A stretch of DNA of 33,511 nucleotides from a virus (IMGVR_UViG_3300033067_001157:1-33511), one strand, 5' to 3'. Shown: positions 16,817 through 25,819, counted from the first letter of the stretch. Notes: generated from the letters alone by a model not told the origin. Translations and numbers: made by a program.

Positions 16817-17379
16817 TTGCCACCTCCGAGTTCGGCGGTCATGACCCGAAGATTCGCCTTGAACCCTTCCAGCGCGTCGTGGTTCTGGCGCAGCTTTGCG
16901 ATCCGCTTGGGAAGGTCAATCTGGACGTTCAGCGCCGACAGGTTTTTCCAGCGAGCGAACGGGAGCGGCTTGCCATGGCAGAATTCGTAAATGGCGCTGC
17001 AGCCATCAAACTCTGCGAGATCGTCATAATTGACCACCAGGGTGTTATCCTGGGCGGCGATGACGGCCAGATGCTCGCTGCGCACGGCGATCTCGGTCTC
17101 ATACCCAGGAAGCCCAAACTTGGCCATGGATTCGCACACTTCTTCGGTTCTGCGCGCCACCACCACGAACTTGGCTTCCGGCATGTGATAGCGGATCACG
17201 CGCCAAGCCATCATGGCCGCGGTCTCGCATGTCCCAGCCAGATGCTCGAAAGCGTCCGTAAAGTCTGAAATCTTTGAGCAGTCCACGCCGATATCGTGTC
17301 CAACCTGCACCCCATCAGCCAGCAGGCACGAAAGCCATGCCGAACGCGACCGCGGGAGGGAAAACACGATGAAGGCCAT
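16798..17379 (-). CDS. Sulfotransferase-fold (P-loop) protein
   Basis: FIVFSLPRSRSAWLSCLL (5'-PSB loop, cf. PRSGT.W), KFVVVARRTEEVCESM (3'-PB R.......S) and LVVNYDDL (cf. vrYEdL). Confidence 0.72.
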   Translation of the reverse strand: MAFIVFSLPRSRSAWLSCLLADGVQVGHDIGVDCSKISDFTDAFEHLAGTCETAAMMAWRVIRYHMPEAKFVVVARRTEEVCESMAKFGLPGYETEIAVRSEHLAVIAAQDNTLVVNYDDLAEFDGCSAIYEFCHGKPLPFARWKNLSALNVQIDLPKRIAKLRQNHDALEGFKANLRVMTAELGGGKCPVLH

Positions 17380-17717
17380 CAGGTGACCTCGATGCCGGAA
17401 ACACGCAGGGTCAGCTTCGACGCCGACGATGCGATCGCGGCAAGGAACTGGCTGGCGTTAAGCCACTGGCCGACGACTTCCGGGCAGGTGTAGGTTTCGC
17501 CGGCATTGATCGAGCGGGTCAGGATCACGACGTTGGTCGCGCCGGCCGCGCCGCCAGACGGCACCAGATAGATCGAGAACGTCAGGGCGCCGGTGTCGGT
17601 GTTCGTGACCGTGCATTTGTCGATGCGGGTCTGGACGTTCGTGGCGGTGTAATAGGTGGTCGCGCTTGAGGCAATCTGAATGCCATTGAAAACTAGCGCC
17701 TTACCTGTCGCGGCCAT
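17379..17717 (-). CDS. Small beta-rich virion protein (tail knob-like)
   Basis: 112 aa, Thr/Ala-rich beta pattern; in the tail block. Confidence 0.7.
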   Translation of the reverse strand: MAATGKALVFNGIQIASSATTYYTATNVQTRIDKCTVTNTDTGALTFSIYLVPSGGAAGATNVVILTRSINAGETYTCPEVVGQWLNASQFLAAIASSASKLTLRVSGIEVT

Positions 17718-17722
17718 GTTGC

Positions 17723-18391
17723 TTATCCCTTTACAGCACCGAGAATGAGCCAGGACACCGTGCTGGTGTCCGCTGCATTCGATGAGTTTATGACAAAACT
17801 CGTATTTGCTGTGATGGTCCCAATGCTTAACATACCTTGGGTGCCGCCCACAACCTGTGCGGTCAGGAAAAACAGGTTCGTGGAGACGGCATTGGTGTTG
17901 TTGACCGTGACGGTGCCCGCAACCAGAACGGCAGTCCCGCCGGCCAGTATCCGATAGCCGAGGCTTTTGGCGGCTTCCAGGCTTCCCAATTCCGTGGGCA
18001 CCATGGGGAATGGGACGTCGGCGCCGAACAGAAACTCCCGCGGCGGCATGGGAAACGGCGTCTGGTCCGCAACCGCTCGTTCAATCTGGGACAATTCCCG
18101 CGGGCCCGGGACTTGGGGGCTGAGGCCAGCTGCAGCGGCTTTTAGCGCCTCGATCTGGCCGGCATTCTGCGAACCGTAGCTGTCCGCCTCCATGGCGAGC
18201 GTGCTGGTGGGCCCAAGGTCAACCGCGCCGCCCTCGCCACCGCCCAACAATTCAAGGTCCACGATGATATCAGTCGAGCCGCCTACCGCTTGGGTCAGCG
18301 ACGTCAGGAATCGATACCATTCCCGGGTGACATATCCGGTTTTCATGTCCAGAAATGGCGATTTCGGGACCGGCGTGGCAATCATCGTCAT
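17723..18391 (-). CDS. Putative tail needle / plug-type protein (gp26-like position)
   Basis: Follows the nozzle gene; N-terminal P...G.VTREWYRFL..L motif; beta-rich C-terminal domain. Confidence 0.65.
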   Translation of the reverse strand: MTMIATPVPKSPFLDMKTGYVTREWYRFLTSLTQAVGGSTDIIVDLELLGGGEGGAVDLGPTSTLAMEADSYGSQNAGQIEALKAAAAGLSPQVPGPRELSQIERAVADQTPFPMPPREFLFGADVPFPMVPTELGSLEAAKSLGYRILAGGTAVLVAGTVTVNNTNAVSTNLFFLTAQVVGGTQGMLSIGTITANTSFVINSSNAADTSTVSWLILGAVKG

Positions 18392-19788
18392 GCGGGGGTC
18401 ACCGTCGTGTCGGCATAGGCACCCATGACAAAAGGCTTAACCGGGTCGGTCACCACCACCTTGAAGATGATTTGGAAGCACTGGCCCAGCCTGCGCCAGA
18501 TGACCCGGCGCCGGTATTCCCCGATTTTTCCCATGGAGCGCCAATGTTCGCTGGACCAGGTGTTTCCCCCGTCCTTGGACCACATCAGCATGGCCTGCGG
18601 GTCTGATCCCTGGCCATCGTTCAGGCCGATGCCGACCTTTATGTCCAACTGAAACCGGCTGATCTCGATCCTGGCGGTATTGGCGAAGGTTTCCGGCGAG
18701 GTGGCCTCATAGGAAATCGTGGTGCCGGCGTCGGTCGTGGCCGACAAATCCATCTGGTACAAATTGCCGTTGTCGCCGCCGACCAGCACCGTGTTGTAGG
18801 TGTTGATCGGGTAGCCGTAGGCCCAGCTTTCATTGCCGAAGGTGTGGCGCTCATGCCACATGCCGGTGGCGGCGTCGTAAAGGAACGTCCAGAGCCCGAC
18901 ATATTTGAGCATGTAGAAAGTATGGCCGTCGATCGTGTGCCAGGAGCCTTGCACCTGCGAAAGATCGTTGGATTCGGCCAGGACCTTCTCGATCGCATGA
19001 GTGGATATGCGCTCCGGGACATATCCGTTGGCCCGGTAGACAATGCGGTCGTCCCCAATCCAGACCACCGTGTTGTCGTAATTCTCGACGGAAAAGCCCG
19101 CAGAGCAACCGCGCTCGATCAGCGTCGAGGAAATCGGGGAAAACGGGAACAGGCTGGACCCATTGACCGCCCACGGCTCGATTGTCTCGGTCCCGAACAG
19201 CCAGACCTCGCCGTGATTGGCAAAGGCGGCCACAAGGGGGTCACCGCCGGCTTCGGCCGTGGCAAAATTCAGGGCGTCGAAGTTGAGCCCATCGTTTTGG
19301 TTCGAGACAAAGAATTCCCCGGAATTGTCCGGGACCACATGGACGAAATACCCGTCGCTTTCGGTCACATAGCGCGAGCCGGGAAAGTCGGGGTCCGTGA
19401 TCTGCGTGAATGTCGTGGTGGAAATGTCATAGATCCACGCGGAGGGCTCCGAAACGACGCAAAGCTGCACCCCATTATCCGCCATCGAAACCGGGCCGGA
19501 TCCGGTAATCGTGCCGAGCGCGGTCGTCCCATAGACGTTGGAAATCGAATAAAGCTGCGTTCCATAGACGCCATAAAGGACGCCGGCCATCGTGTGGTGG
19601 CCGCGGCAGGTGCCGACGATGGTGGCAGCTGCAGCTAGGCCCGGCCGGGGGCGCAGCATGAGGGGCGTCTTGGACTGCGCGGCGGGCGGGGCTGTCTCAG
19701 CGAACCAGTTGACCATTCGCTGCGCGTTCCAGGGCAGGTTCGCGGAACGATAGGACATGACGCCGAACGGGATCGGGATGGATTTCAT
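18388..19788 (-). CDS. Packaged-DNA stabilization / tail nozzle protein (P22 gp10-like)
   Basis: 466 aa, beta-propeller-like; VSMADNG.QL, ATAE..GD, WLFGTETIE.W, YDAATGMWHER, WSKDGGNTWS motifs. Confidence 0.9.
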   Translation of the reverse strand: MKSIPIPFGVMSYRSANLPWNAQRMVNWFAETAPPAAQSKTPLMLRPRPGLAAAATIVGTCRGHHTMAGVLYGVYGTQLYSISNVYGTTALGTITGSGPVSMADNGVQLCVVSEPSAWIYDISTTTFTQITDPDFPGSRYVTESDGYFVHVVPDNSGEFFVSNQNDGLNFDALNFATAEAGGDPLVAAFANHGEVWLFGTETIEPWAVNGSSLFPFSPISSTLIERGCSAGFSVENYDNTVVWIGDDRIVYRANGYVPERISTHAIEKVLAESNDLSQVQGSWHTIDGHTFYMLKYVGLWTFLYDAATGMWHERHTFGNESWAYGYPINTYNTVLVGGDNGNLYQMDLSATTDAGTTISYEATSPETFANTARIEISRFQLDIKVGIGLNDGQGSDPQAMLMWSKDGGNTWSSEHWRSMGKIGEYRRRVIWRRLGQCFQIIFKVVVTDPVKPFVMGAYADTTVTPA

Positions 19789-19791
19789 GGG

Positions 19792-20052
19792 TCATGGGCC
19801 CGGTGCGGGAGGCGGGGGCGGGTCGCTCTTGGCCGTCTTCATGCCGCCAGCACTAAGAAACCCAATCGCACAGCCGACGATGGTCTGGTAACTCGGCCCA
19901 AGGATTTCGACCACCTTGGTCCCATCCACCGGCAGCCCCATGATTTTCGCTGCGACCACGCCGATCAGGCCGATGAACACCATGGCCAGGACGACCACCG
20001 ACAGCACGACGGCAAAAGGCCTGGCAATGAAACTTCTATCTGCATCGCTCAT
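19792..20052 (-). CDS. Small 2-TM membrane protein with poly-Pro tail
   Basis: GGAGG RBS, TAATG overlap at 20052; two hydrophobic helices (FAVVLSVVVLAMVFIGLIGVVAA; QTIVGCAIGFL); ends DPPPPPAPGP. Confidence 0.75.
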   Translation of the reverse strand: MSDADRSFIARPFAVVLSVVVLAMVFIGLIGVVAAKIMGLPVDGTKVVEILGPSYQTIVGCAIGFLSAGGMKTAKSDPPPPPAPGP

Positions 20053-21059
20053 TACCGCCTCCCGCCATAGCCGCCATAACCAGCGCCATACCCTCCCTGC
20101 GAGGTGAAGTCCGGCTGGAAAAACACGTTCCCATATTCGCGGTCGAAGCCCATCAGCTTTTGCTTCATGGCCTCGGCCACGATGCCAAGCTGGGTGCGCT
20201 CGTCCATGGGGAACGAATACTTGGGCGCCAGCCGATAGGCCAGATTCCATGCGATCGTCTCGATCCATTCCTGCGGGAAGTCGGCGGTCTGGGGCAGGGC
20301 CGTGAAGTCCTGGATGGGCCGCTCGAATGTGAACAGCACCAGGTCCGTCTCGTCGGACGGGGACTGCCAAAGCTGCACGAACCCCGTCACCAGCTGGGGG
20401 TCGTAATAGATCATGGTCTCGGTGCCCGGCTGCAGCTTGGTGGGCTGGTTGTAGTAATCCGGGCGCTCCTGGATGCTCAGCCAGATATCCTGGAAGTCCT
20501 GCATGTCGGCCGAAAACAGCCGCCTGCGGGCCTGCAGGAGCCGCGTGGGGCGCTCCATCTTGGTGGTGTAGGCAAACACCGCCCCATCGGTCAAAACGTC
20601 CTCAGAGAGGGCCGCTGTGATTGTGACGGTATTCCCGGCCGGGGCGCCGTTGACGGTCGTCCATTGCAGCAGGTTTCCGCCGATTTCGATGCCGATTTGG
20701 TCCCCGCTGGCGATCCCGGTGGCGTCGTCCACCACGATGGTGTGGGATCCGGCCAAGGCATCGGCCGACAGGGCCGTGACCACCAGGTCGTCATAGAGGC
20801 AGGAGCGGGTGGAATTGGTGCCGCCCAGGCTGTACTGGGGCACGCCATATTCGAGAAAAATCACCCCCTCGGTCTTGGTCCAGAGGTGCAGGCCGTCCGC
20901 CTGCCAAGCCTTGACCATGAGATTTGCCGAGCGCAGCGCGTCCTGGGTCTGCGAAGCGGTCAGGGGCTCCTCGTCCACGCCGATGCGGATCAGCGACAGC
21001 GCCTCAGTGATGATCTGAAGCACGCTCGGATTGTAGGAGGTGTTCGAACTGGTGGTCAT
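20052..21059 (-). CDS. Head-to-tail adaptor (P22 gp4 / tail tubular protein A-like) with inserted beta domain
   Basis: MTTS...IITEAL.......DALRSANLMVKAW...GLHLW N-terminus and DFPQEW...IAWNLAYRLAP C-terminus; position upstream of the nozzle gene. Confidence 0.75.
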   Translation of the reverse strand: MTTSSNTSYNPSVLQIITEALSLIRIGVDEEPLTASQTQDALRSANLMVKAWQADGLHLWTKTEGVIFLEYGVPQYSLGGTNSTRSCLYDDLVVTALSADALAGSHTIVVDDATGIASGDQIGIEIGGNLLQWTTVNGAPAGNTVTITAALSEDVLTDGAVFAYTTKMERPTRLLQARRRLFSADMQDFQDIWLSIQERPDYYNQPTKLQPGTETMIYYDPQLVTGFVQLWQSPSDETDLVLFTFERPIQDFTALPQTADFPQEWIETIAWNLAYRLAPKYSFPMDERTQLGIVAEAMKQKLMGFDREYGNVFFQPDFTSQGGYGAGYGGYGGRR

Positions 21060-21301
21060 AGGTCAGCCGGCGTGACGGTGTAATTCAGGAACGTGGGGTC
21101 TTGGTTGGGACGGCCATAGGGCACCGACATATTGTCGGGGATGCCCCTCAGATAATCCTGCGGCTGCCGGGGCTCCCAGACACGTTCCCATGTCAGGAGG
21201 TTGTTCCATTCGAACTGGCACACCGCAGACGGCAGGCGAAAGCCGGTGCGGTCGCAACGGATGAACCATTGTCCGGGAACAGGATCGGGCCGCTTATACA
21301 T
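21056..21301 (-). CDS. Conserved small phage protein (CDRTGF...EW..L....WEPRQPQ)
   Basis: GGGAGGG RBS; motif typical of head-completion regions; ATGA overlap. Confidence 0.75.
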   Translation of the reverse strand: MYKRPDPVPGQWFIRCDRTGFRLPSAVCQFEWNNLLTWERVWEPRQPQDYLRGIPDNMSVPYGRPNQDPTFLNYTVTPADL

Positions 21302-21312
21302 GCGACCCTCCC

Positions 21313-21657
21313 TTAACCGTTCTGGCCCTGACGGATTGTGAGGGTGCCAGTGTCCGTGCCTGACGCATCGCAGCGAAGCCTAACGCCCGTGACCGGGAAT
21401 TCCAAATCCCCGTAAGCCGCGGCCTTCATGCCCGCCATGACGGGATGATCGAACCAGGTCGCCCCGCTGTTCCAAAGCGCGGCCGTCGCATAGTCCGCCG
21501 GGCTGTCGTTGGTCCATTGGACCGTGAAACCCGTCGTGGTCCCGCTGTCCGCAAAGGTCAGCGTCATGTTAAACGGGCTCTGGCGCCAGTTCACAGGAAT
21601 GGGCGTGCTGTTTGCGGCACCCGTGGCGGCAACCAGCGTGATAACGACCGGACGCAT
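21313..21657 (-). CDS. Small beta-sandwich virion protein
   Basis: 114 aa, FTVQWT.D...WFDHP...FPVTGVRL pattern; in the head block. Confidence 0.72.
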   Translation of the reverse strand: MRPVVITLVAATGAANSTPIPVNWRQSPFNMTLTFADSGTTTGFTVQWTNDSPADYATAALWNSGATWFDHPVMAGMKAAAYGDLEFPVTGVRLRCDASGTDTGTLTIRQGQNG

Positions 21658-21666
21658 GTTGGCCCC

Positions 21667-22713
21667 TTAGGACGGCTTGATCATGATGCCGTTGCTGGCG
21701 GTCAGCGGCGTGGCACCCAGAACATACATGTTCGCCAGGGCATTGGTGTCGCCCCAGTTGGTATTGCCATCGCCAACAAAGCCGCAATTGTTCATGGCCA
21801 AGTAGCCACCCGGCGACGCGCTGGTCATGGACACGATCTGCGTCTGGGCCGTGGCGCCGGACGACATGGCGTTCAGGAACAGGCAGTTGTCGAAGCGCTG
21901 CCAACGATCAATCGCCGACGCATCGGTGCACAGGATGCTCAGGGGCGTGGCGGCAGTGGTTGCCATGGGGAAGGTGCAATCGCGGAACACATTCCGCGGC
22001 GTCCCGCCGGCCAGCTCCAGGCTGGCATTGGCAATGGCTCCCCGGGTCACGGTGTCCAGGCCGATGACACAGCCATCGAAGGTGTTTTCGCCGGAACCGG
22101 CCGCGCCAACCTTCAGGCTGCGGGAGCCGGCATCACCAGCCGAGGCCGCGTCGCCCATGCCGCCGAAGTTGACGTTCAGGTAATAGTTGCGGCTGCCGGT
22201 GTCGGTCCATGCGATCTGGTTCACGCCACCGGTGGAGAAGCCGTTGAACACTGAGAAATTGGAGAACATGCACCCGGAGCCGGACACGGTGATGAAATTG
22301 CCGGACCCGAAAGTCGCCGCGGTATAGACCCCGGTGGGCGGGGCGATGCGGGCACGCTGGGCGACGGCGGTCGGCGCGGTGATGCCGATCAGGTGGCATG
22401 CGTTCTTCGACCAGACCAGCGTGCCGGCGGTGACCGAGCTGTCCACCGCCTGAGCCAGGGCTAGGGAAAGGCGCGCGGTTCCGGTGGAGAGGCCGTTTCC
22501 GATCAGGTAGCAGACGTCATTGTTGCCGCTCGTCATCACCGAATGGGCCTTGTAGAGCGTGGCGAAGGCGTTGCCGGGCGACTTGCCCTTGTTGCCGTCC
22601 GAACCGTTGGCCGGATCCACAAAATAGTAGTCCCCGGTGAAGGGAATGCCGGCGCCGCCAAGAACAGGGATGCCGAAGCTGGACAGGCCGTTCGGGAAAT
22701 TCGTGAGAGCCAT
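21667..22713 (-). CDS. Putative head fiber / decoration protein with beta-helix (DUF1565 / pectin-lyase-like)
   Basis: AGGAGG RBS; YFVDPANGSDGNKGKSPGNAFATLYKA cap motif followed by N.F..C.F beta-helix rungs; immediately after the capsid gene. Confidence 0.75.
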   Translation of the reverse strand: MALTNFPNGLSSFGIPVLGGAGIPFTGDYYFVDPANGSDGNKGKSPGNAFATLYKAHSVMTSGNNDVCYLIGNGLSTGTARLSLALAQAVDSSVTAGTLVWSKNACHLIGITAPTAVAQRARIAPPTGVYTAATFGSGNFITVSGSGCMFSNFSVFNGFSTGGVNQIAWTDTGSRNYYLNVNFGGMGDAASAGDAGSRSLKVGAAGSGENTFDGCVIGLDTVTRGAIANASLELAGGTPRNVFRDCTFPMATTAATPLSILCTDASAIDRWQRFDNCLFLNAMSSGATAQTQIVSMTSASPGGYLAMNNCGFVGDGNTNWGDTNALANMYVLGATPLTASNGIMIKPS

Positions 22714-22724
22714 GGTGACCTCCT

Positions 22725-22786
22725 AAAAAAGAACCCGCCCCAGTTAGGGAGGAGAAACCAGCCGTCCGGTCGGCCAGAGCGGGTTC
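22725..22786 (-). terminator. Long-stem intrinsic terminator downstream of the major capsid gene
   Basis: Minus strand GAACCCGCTCTGG (22786-22774) pairs with CTGGGGCGGGTTC (22743-22731), followed by TTTTTT. Confidence 0.65.
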
Positions 22787-22806
22787 AGAGAACCGGAGTG
22801 TAAGAC

Positions 22807-23724
22807 TTAGGCGCCGGGCGAACCGTAAATGCCGCGCCAGTCCGCCCACTTGGGAATGTAGCGCTCATAAGCATTGTACTTGATGTTCTTGGTGTCGCCG
22901 TCGTTGTCCTGTTCGAACATGATCGGGTCGCGCTCGAAGAAGATCAGGCTTTCCGGGCAGTCGGTGCGGACGAACCAGGCGTCGGCGTCGGTCAGATAGT
23001 TGTTGACCTTGATGCCGTCCGGGATCGCGTTGGTGGCCTTCAGCGCGTTGATGGCGTTGTTGCCGGTGTCGTTCTGCAGGACCGACTTCAGCACGCGCTG
23101 CGCTTCGAACCACAGCTGGCGCGGGATGACGAGGGACTGCGGATTGATATCGATCACCAGGCCTCGGGTGTTCTGGGCGCCAGAAATCTGGATGCACAGG
23201 TCTTCCAGCGAGGCTTCCGAGAAGTCGGCCGCGACGGGAAGGATATTGGACTGGTTGCCGCTGGACGACGGATGAGCCGCCGAAAGCATCGCCGCGCCAT
23301 CACCGCCCGGATACGAGGTACTGAAGCCGCGATTGTAGACGTTGGCCGCGACGTTTTCCTTGGTCTGGCGCATCGAGAAGGCGAGGGCCTGGGTGCGGCG
23401 CTTGGCGACCTTCTCATAGAGATTGTCGCGCATTTCTTCCCAGGTGATGATGTAGCCTAGCGCATAGGCCACATTGGTGAAGCGGGAAACCGTCTGCTGG
23501 TCTTCCGAATCGTATTCGATTGCCTGGCCCTGGGGCTTGACGGGGGCCAGACCGAAGCCGGTGACTTCCACCAGTTCCTCATAGGCCATCGTGGACTGCT
23601 GGACCTCGAAAAGGTCCTTATACTGCATGGGCTTCTCGACATAGAACCGGCCCCACCAGCCAGATACGCCAGGCCATAGTGCTTTGGGGATATTGCCAGT
23701 CGAGATAACGCCGCCGAATGCCAT
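22807..23724 (-). CDS. Major capsid protein (HK97 fold, Mu gpT-related family)
   Basis: AGGAG RBS; LWPG...W...Y......S.MAYEE...TGFGLAP.K.QG..I.YD, YALGY.IT.E..DNLY, NNYLTD.DAWF, ERY...W.DWRGIYGSPGA. Confidence 0.92.
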   Translation of the reverse strand: MAFGGVISTGNIPKALWPGVSGWWGRFYVEKPMQYKDLFEVQQSTMAYEELVEVTGFGLAPVKPQGQAIEYDSEDQQTVSRFTNVAYALGYIITWEEMRDNLYEKVAKRRTQALAFSMRQTKENVAANVYNRGFSTSYPGGDGAAMLSAAHPSSSGNQSNILPVAADFSEASLEDLCIQISGAQNTRGLVIDINPQSLVIPRQLWFEAQRVLKSVLQNDTGNNAINALKATNAIPDGIKVNNYLTDADAWFVRTDCPESLIFFERDPIMFEQDNDGDTKNIKYNAYERYIPKWADWRGIYGSPGA

Positions 23725-23748
23725 GGTATTCTCCTATGTCTTGGACCG

Positions 23749-24327
23749 TTAGACGCCGACGATCTGGTTGGCGAAGCGGTGACGGTTGATGCGGACAAAC
23801 CACTTGGCGTTGGCGCCAACGGCGTTGTCGGGGGCGTTGAGGAAGCCGGTGATCTTCAGATCCAGCGCGAGGTCAGTCGCCTCGGTCGCGGTGTTCAGCT
23901 CCATGCCGGACTGGCCGGTGATGGTCGAGCCCGAGCCCACGATGACATTGCAGTTCAGGCCGATATCGTTGGCCGTGAACGCGGTGCCGCCGCTGTTTTC
24001 CTGCGCCTCGAACACCAGGTTCGGGTCGTCCGCAATCAGCAGAATGCGCTGGGTGCTGGCCTCGCAGTAAATGGAAGATGCCTGGGTCACCGGAACGACG
24101 CCGACGCAGACGCCCTGGAACACATCGCCGGTGGCCGACTGGACCACGTCGGGATAAACGACGCCGTCGATGGTCTGCGACGTGCCGGCGAGGGTCACCA
24201 GATCGCCAATGAAAATGGCGACGCCATTGCCGGCGGCATGGGAATACTGGTTGGCCGCGCCGTTATAGGGCGCACCGCTGAGATAGCGGCGGGGCACAAG
24301 GCCCATCGGAATGTTTGCGTTCGACAT
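23749..24327 (-). CDS. Capsid cement / decoration protein (putative)
   Basis: GGAG RBS before ATG 24327; N.PMGLVP...AIFIGDLV...DDPNLVFEAQ pattern; directly upstream of the capsid gene. Confidence 0.75.
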   Translation of the reverse strand: MSNANIPMGLVPRRYLSGAPYNGAANQYSHAAGNGVAIFIGDLVTLAGTSQTIDGVVYPDVVQSATGDVFQGVCVGVVPVTQASSIYCEASTQRILLIADDPNLVFEAQENSGGTAFTANDIGLNCNVIVGSGSTITGQSGMELNTATEATDLALDLKITGFLNAPDNAVGANAKWFVRINRHRFANQIVGV

Positions 24328-24389
24328 GGTGAACTCCAAAATGGTTTCGTGGAACCACAGGAGATCACAAGTCGGCGGCTATCCCGGCG

Positions 24390-24893
24390 TCAGGCCCGTT
24401 TGATGGATATCCCCTGCGAGGGAATATAAGACCCATCCTGGCCGACTTTCTGGGTAAGCTCGCCACGCTTTATGAGGCCTTCCGTGGCATCAATTCGCTT
24501 CTGCTTCTCGGCCTGATCGTCCCAATACCAGTCCTCACGGATTTCCATGAGATAGGCACGAAGGGCACCACCGCCGTCCTTGGACCCGACAATCTGGCTG
24601 ATCTTGCCGCCGTCATCCGTGGATTTCGCCACTTCATCGTGCAGGACAAAATCGTAACCAGCCTGCTGAGCTAGTTGGAGGCGCTGCCGGTCGTCGTTGA
24701 TCCAACGGCGGACAAAGCCTTCACGATTGTTTGCTTGAAGTTTCTGGCGGAACGATCCCAGGGGGACTCGTTCGGCGCGGCCCGTATCTTTGCGATCAGG
24801 GCCGGAAGTTTCAGCGCGGGCCTTCGGGGGTCTGCCGCGGCGGACACTGGCTGCGAGACCAGAATCCATATCGGAATTATTTGCTTCGGTCAT
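24390..24893 (-). CDS. Conserved head-region protein
   Basis: GFVRRWIND...A...GY.FV...YLMEI.E.WY..DQ pattern; AT-hook-like RRGRPPK near the N-terminus. Confidence 0.78.
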   Translation of the reverse strand: MTEANNSDMDSGLAASVRRGRPPKARAETSGPDRKDTGRAERVPLGSFRQKLQANNREGFVRRWINDDRQRLQLAQQAGYDFVLHDEVAKSTDDGGKISQIVGSKDGGGALRAYLMEIREDWYWDDQAEKQKRIDATEGLIKRGELTQKVGQDGSYIPSQGISIKRA

Positions 24894-24931
24894 GAAAACA
24901 CCCTTTCAGAATTGTTGTCAAGCAGCGGTGA

Positions 24932-25819
24932 TCAGCCGGCCGCCTGCTCCTGCTGCCAGTATAGCTTGGAATAGGTCGCCTGATCTTTGACGGCTCCCTG
25001 CTTGATGAGCCTTTGCGCGATGGCTCGATCATCGGCCGGGATATCGTTCCAGCCCTTCGCCCCGCTGCGTCGCTGGCCATTTCCACCGCCCTCGACAGCC
25101 GGCGGCTCCGTGCGCCTGGCGTTGCTGAAGTTCTCCGGGAATCTCCTGATCACTTCGGCCTTCACCTTCGCGAGCTTCTGGGTTTCAGTCATGGTTTTGT
25201 CGGGGACCAGCTTGCCGTAGGCAGCGACGGCGACGGCATTCATCACCGGATCAGTATTGAACCACGGGTTAGCCTCGGCCCAATCAACCACTTCCTGGGG
25301 GATGGTGGCGCGTTCGTCCACCTTGGCGGGCGCGGGAGCGGTCTTCAGACTGGCCTCGGCCTCTGCGATCTCGCTCGACAATTCCTCGACCTTGTCGACG
25401 TCACCGGTGGAAGCCGCCTCGCGCCTTTCGGCCTTGAGGGACTTCACGGCATTTTCAACGGCAGCCCGGGTCTGCTCCTGCTGGTGGGTCACCAATTCCC
25501 GGAGAAGCTTGTTGCCCTCCTCCATCTTGGATTCCTGGGAGGCGATGATCTTGTCCTGCTTGCGGAGGCGCTCGCGCAGCACCGGCAGGCTTTCCTCGCC
25601 GCGCCGCACAAACTCATCGGCATCCACCCACTTGGCGGGATCGCGGCCTGACGCCTCGTATTCGGCCTTGGGGCGCCAGCCCATGCGCTGCGCACGGGTT
25701 TCGGCTTCGGATGGCTGGGCCTGTTCACCGCCAGCGTCGGCGGCATCTGCGCCGGCATGGGTCTGGTCTTCTGTGTCGGCTTCCTGCTGGATTTCTTGGG
25801 TCGCAGATTTGTCGGCCAT
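24932..25819 (-). CDS. Scaffolding protein (putative)
   Basis: Acidic N-terminus, GWRPK.E....WVDA.EF motif, long coiled coil, W...NPWF; upstream of the capsid gene. Confidence 0.8.
   Translation of the reverse strand: MADKSATQEIQQEADTEDQTHAGADAADAGGEQAQPSEAETRAQRMGWRPKAEYEASGRDPAKWVDADEFVRRGEESLPVLRERLRKQDKIIASQESKMEEGNKLLRELVTHQQEQTRAAVENAVKSLKAERREAASTGDVDKVEELSSEIAEAEASLKTAPAPAKVDERATIPQEVVDWAEANPWFNTDPVMNAVAVAAYGKLVPDKTMTETQKLAKVKAEVIRRFPENFSNARRTEPPAVEGGGNGQRRSGAKGWNDIPADDRAIAQRLIKQGAVKDQATYSKLYWQQEQAAG

Noticed and set aside
19792-20370. Extended starts given in the ORF track (also 12-455, 544-1188, 3200, 5835, 26730-27377, 27397-27855)
   Set aside because: The extensions overlap upstream genes; downstream starts with an RBS or stop-start overlap fit better.
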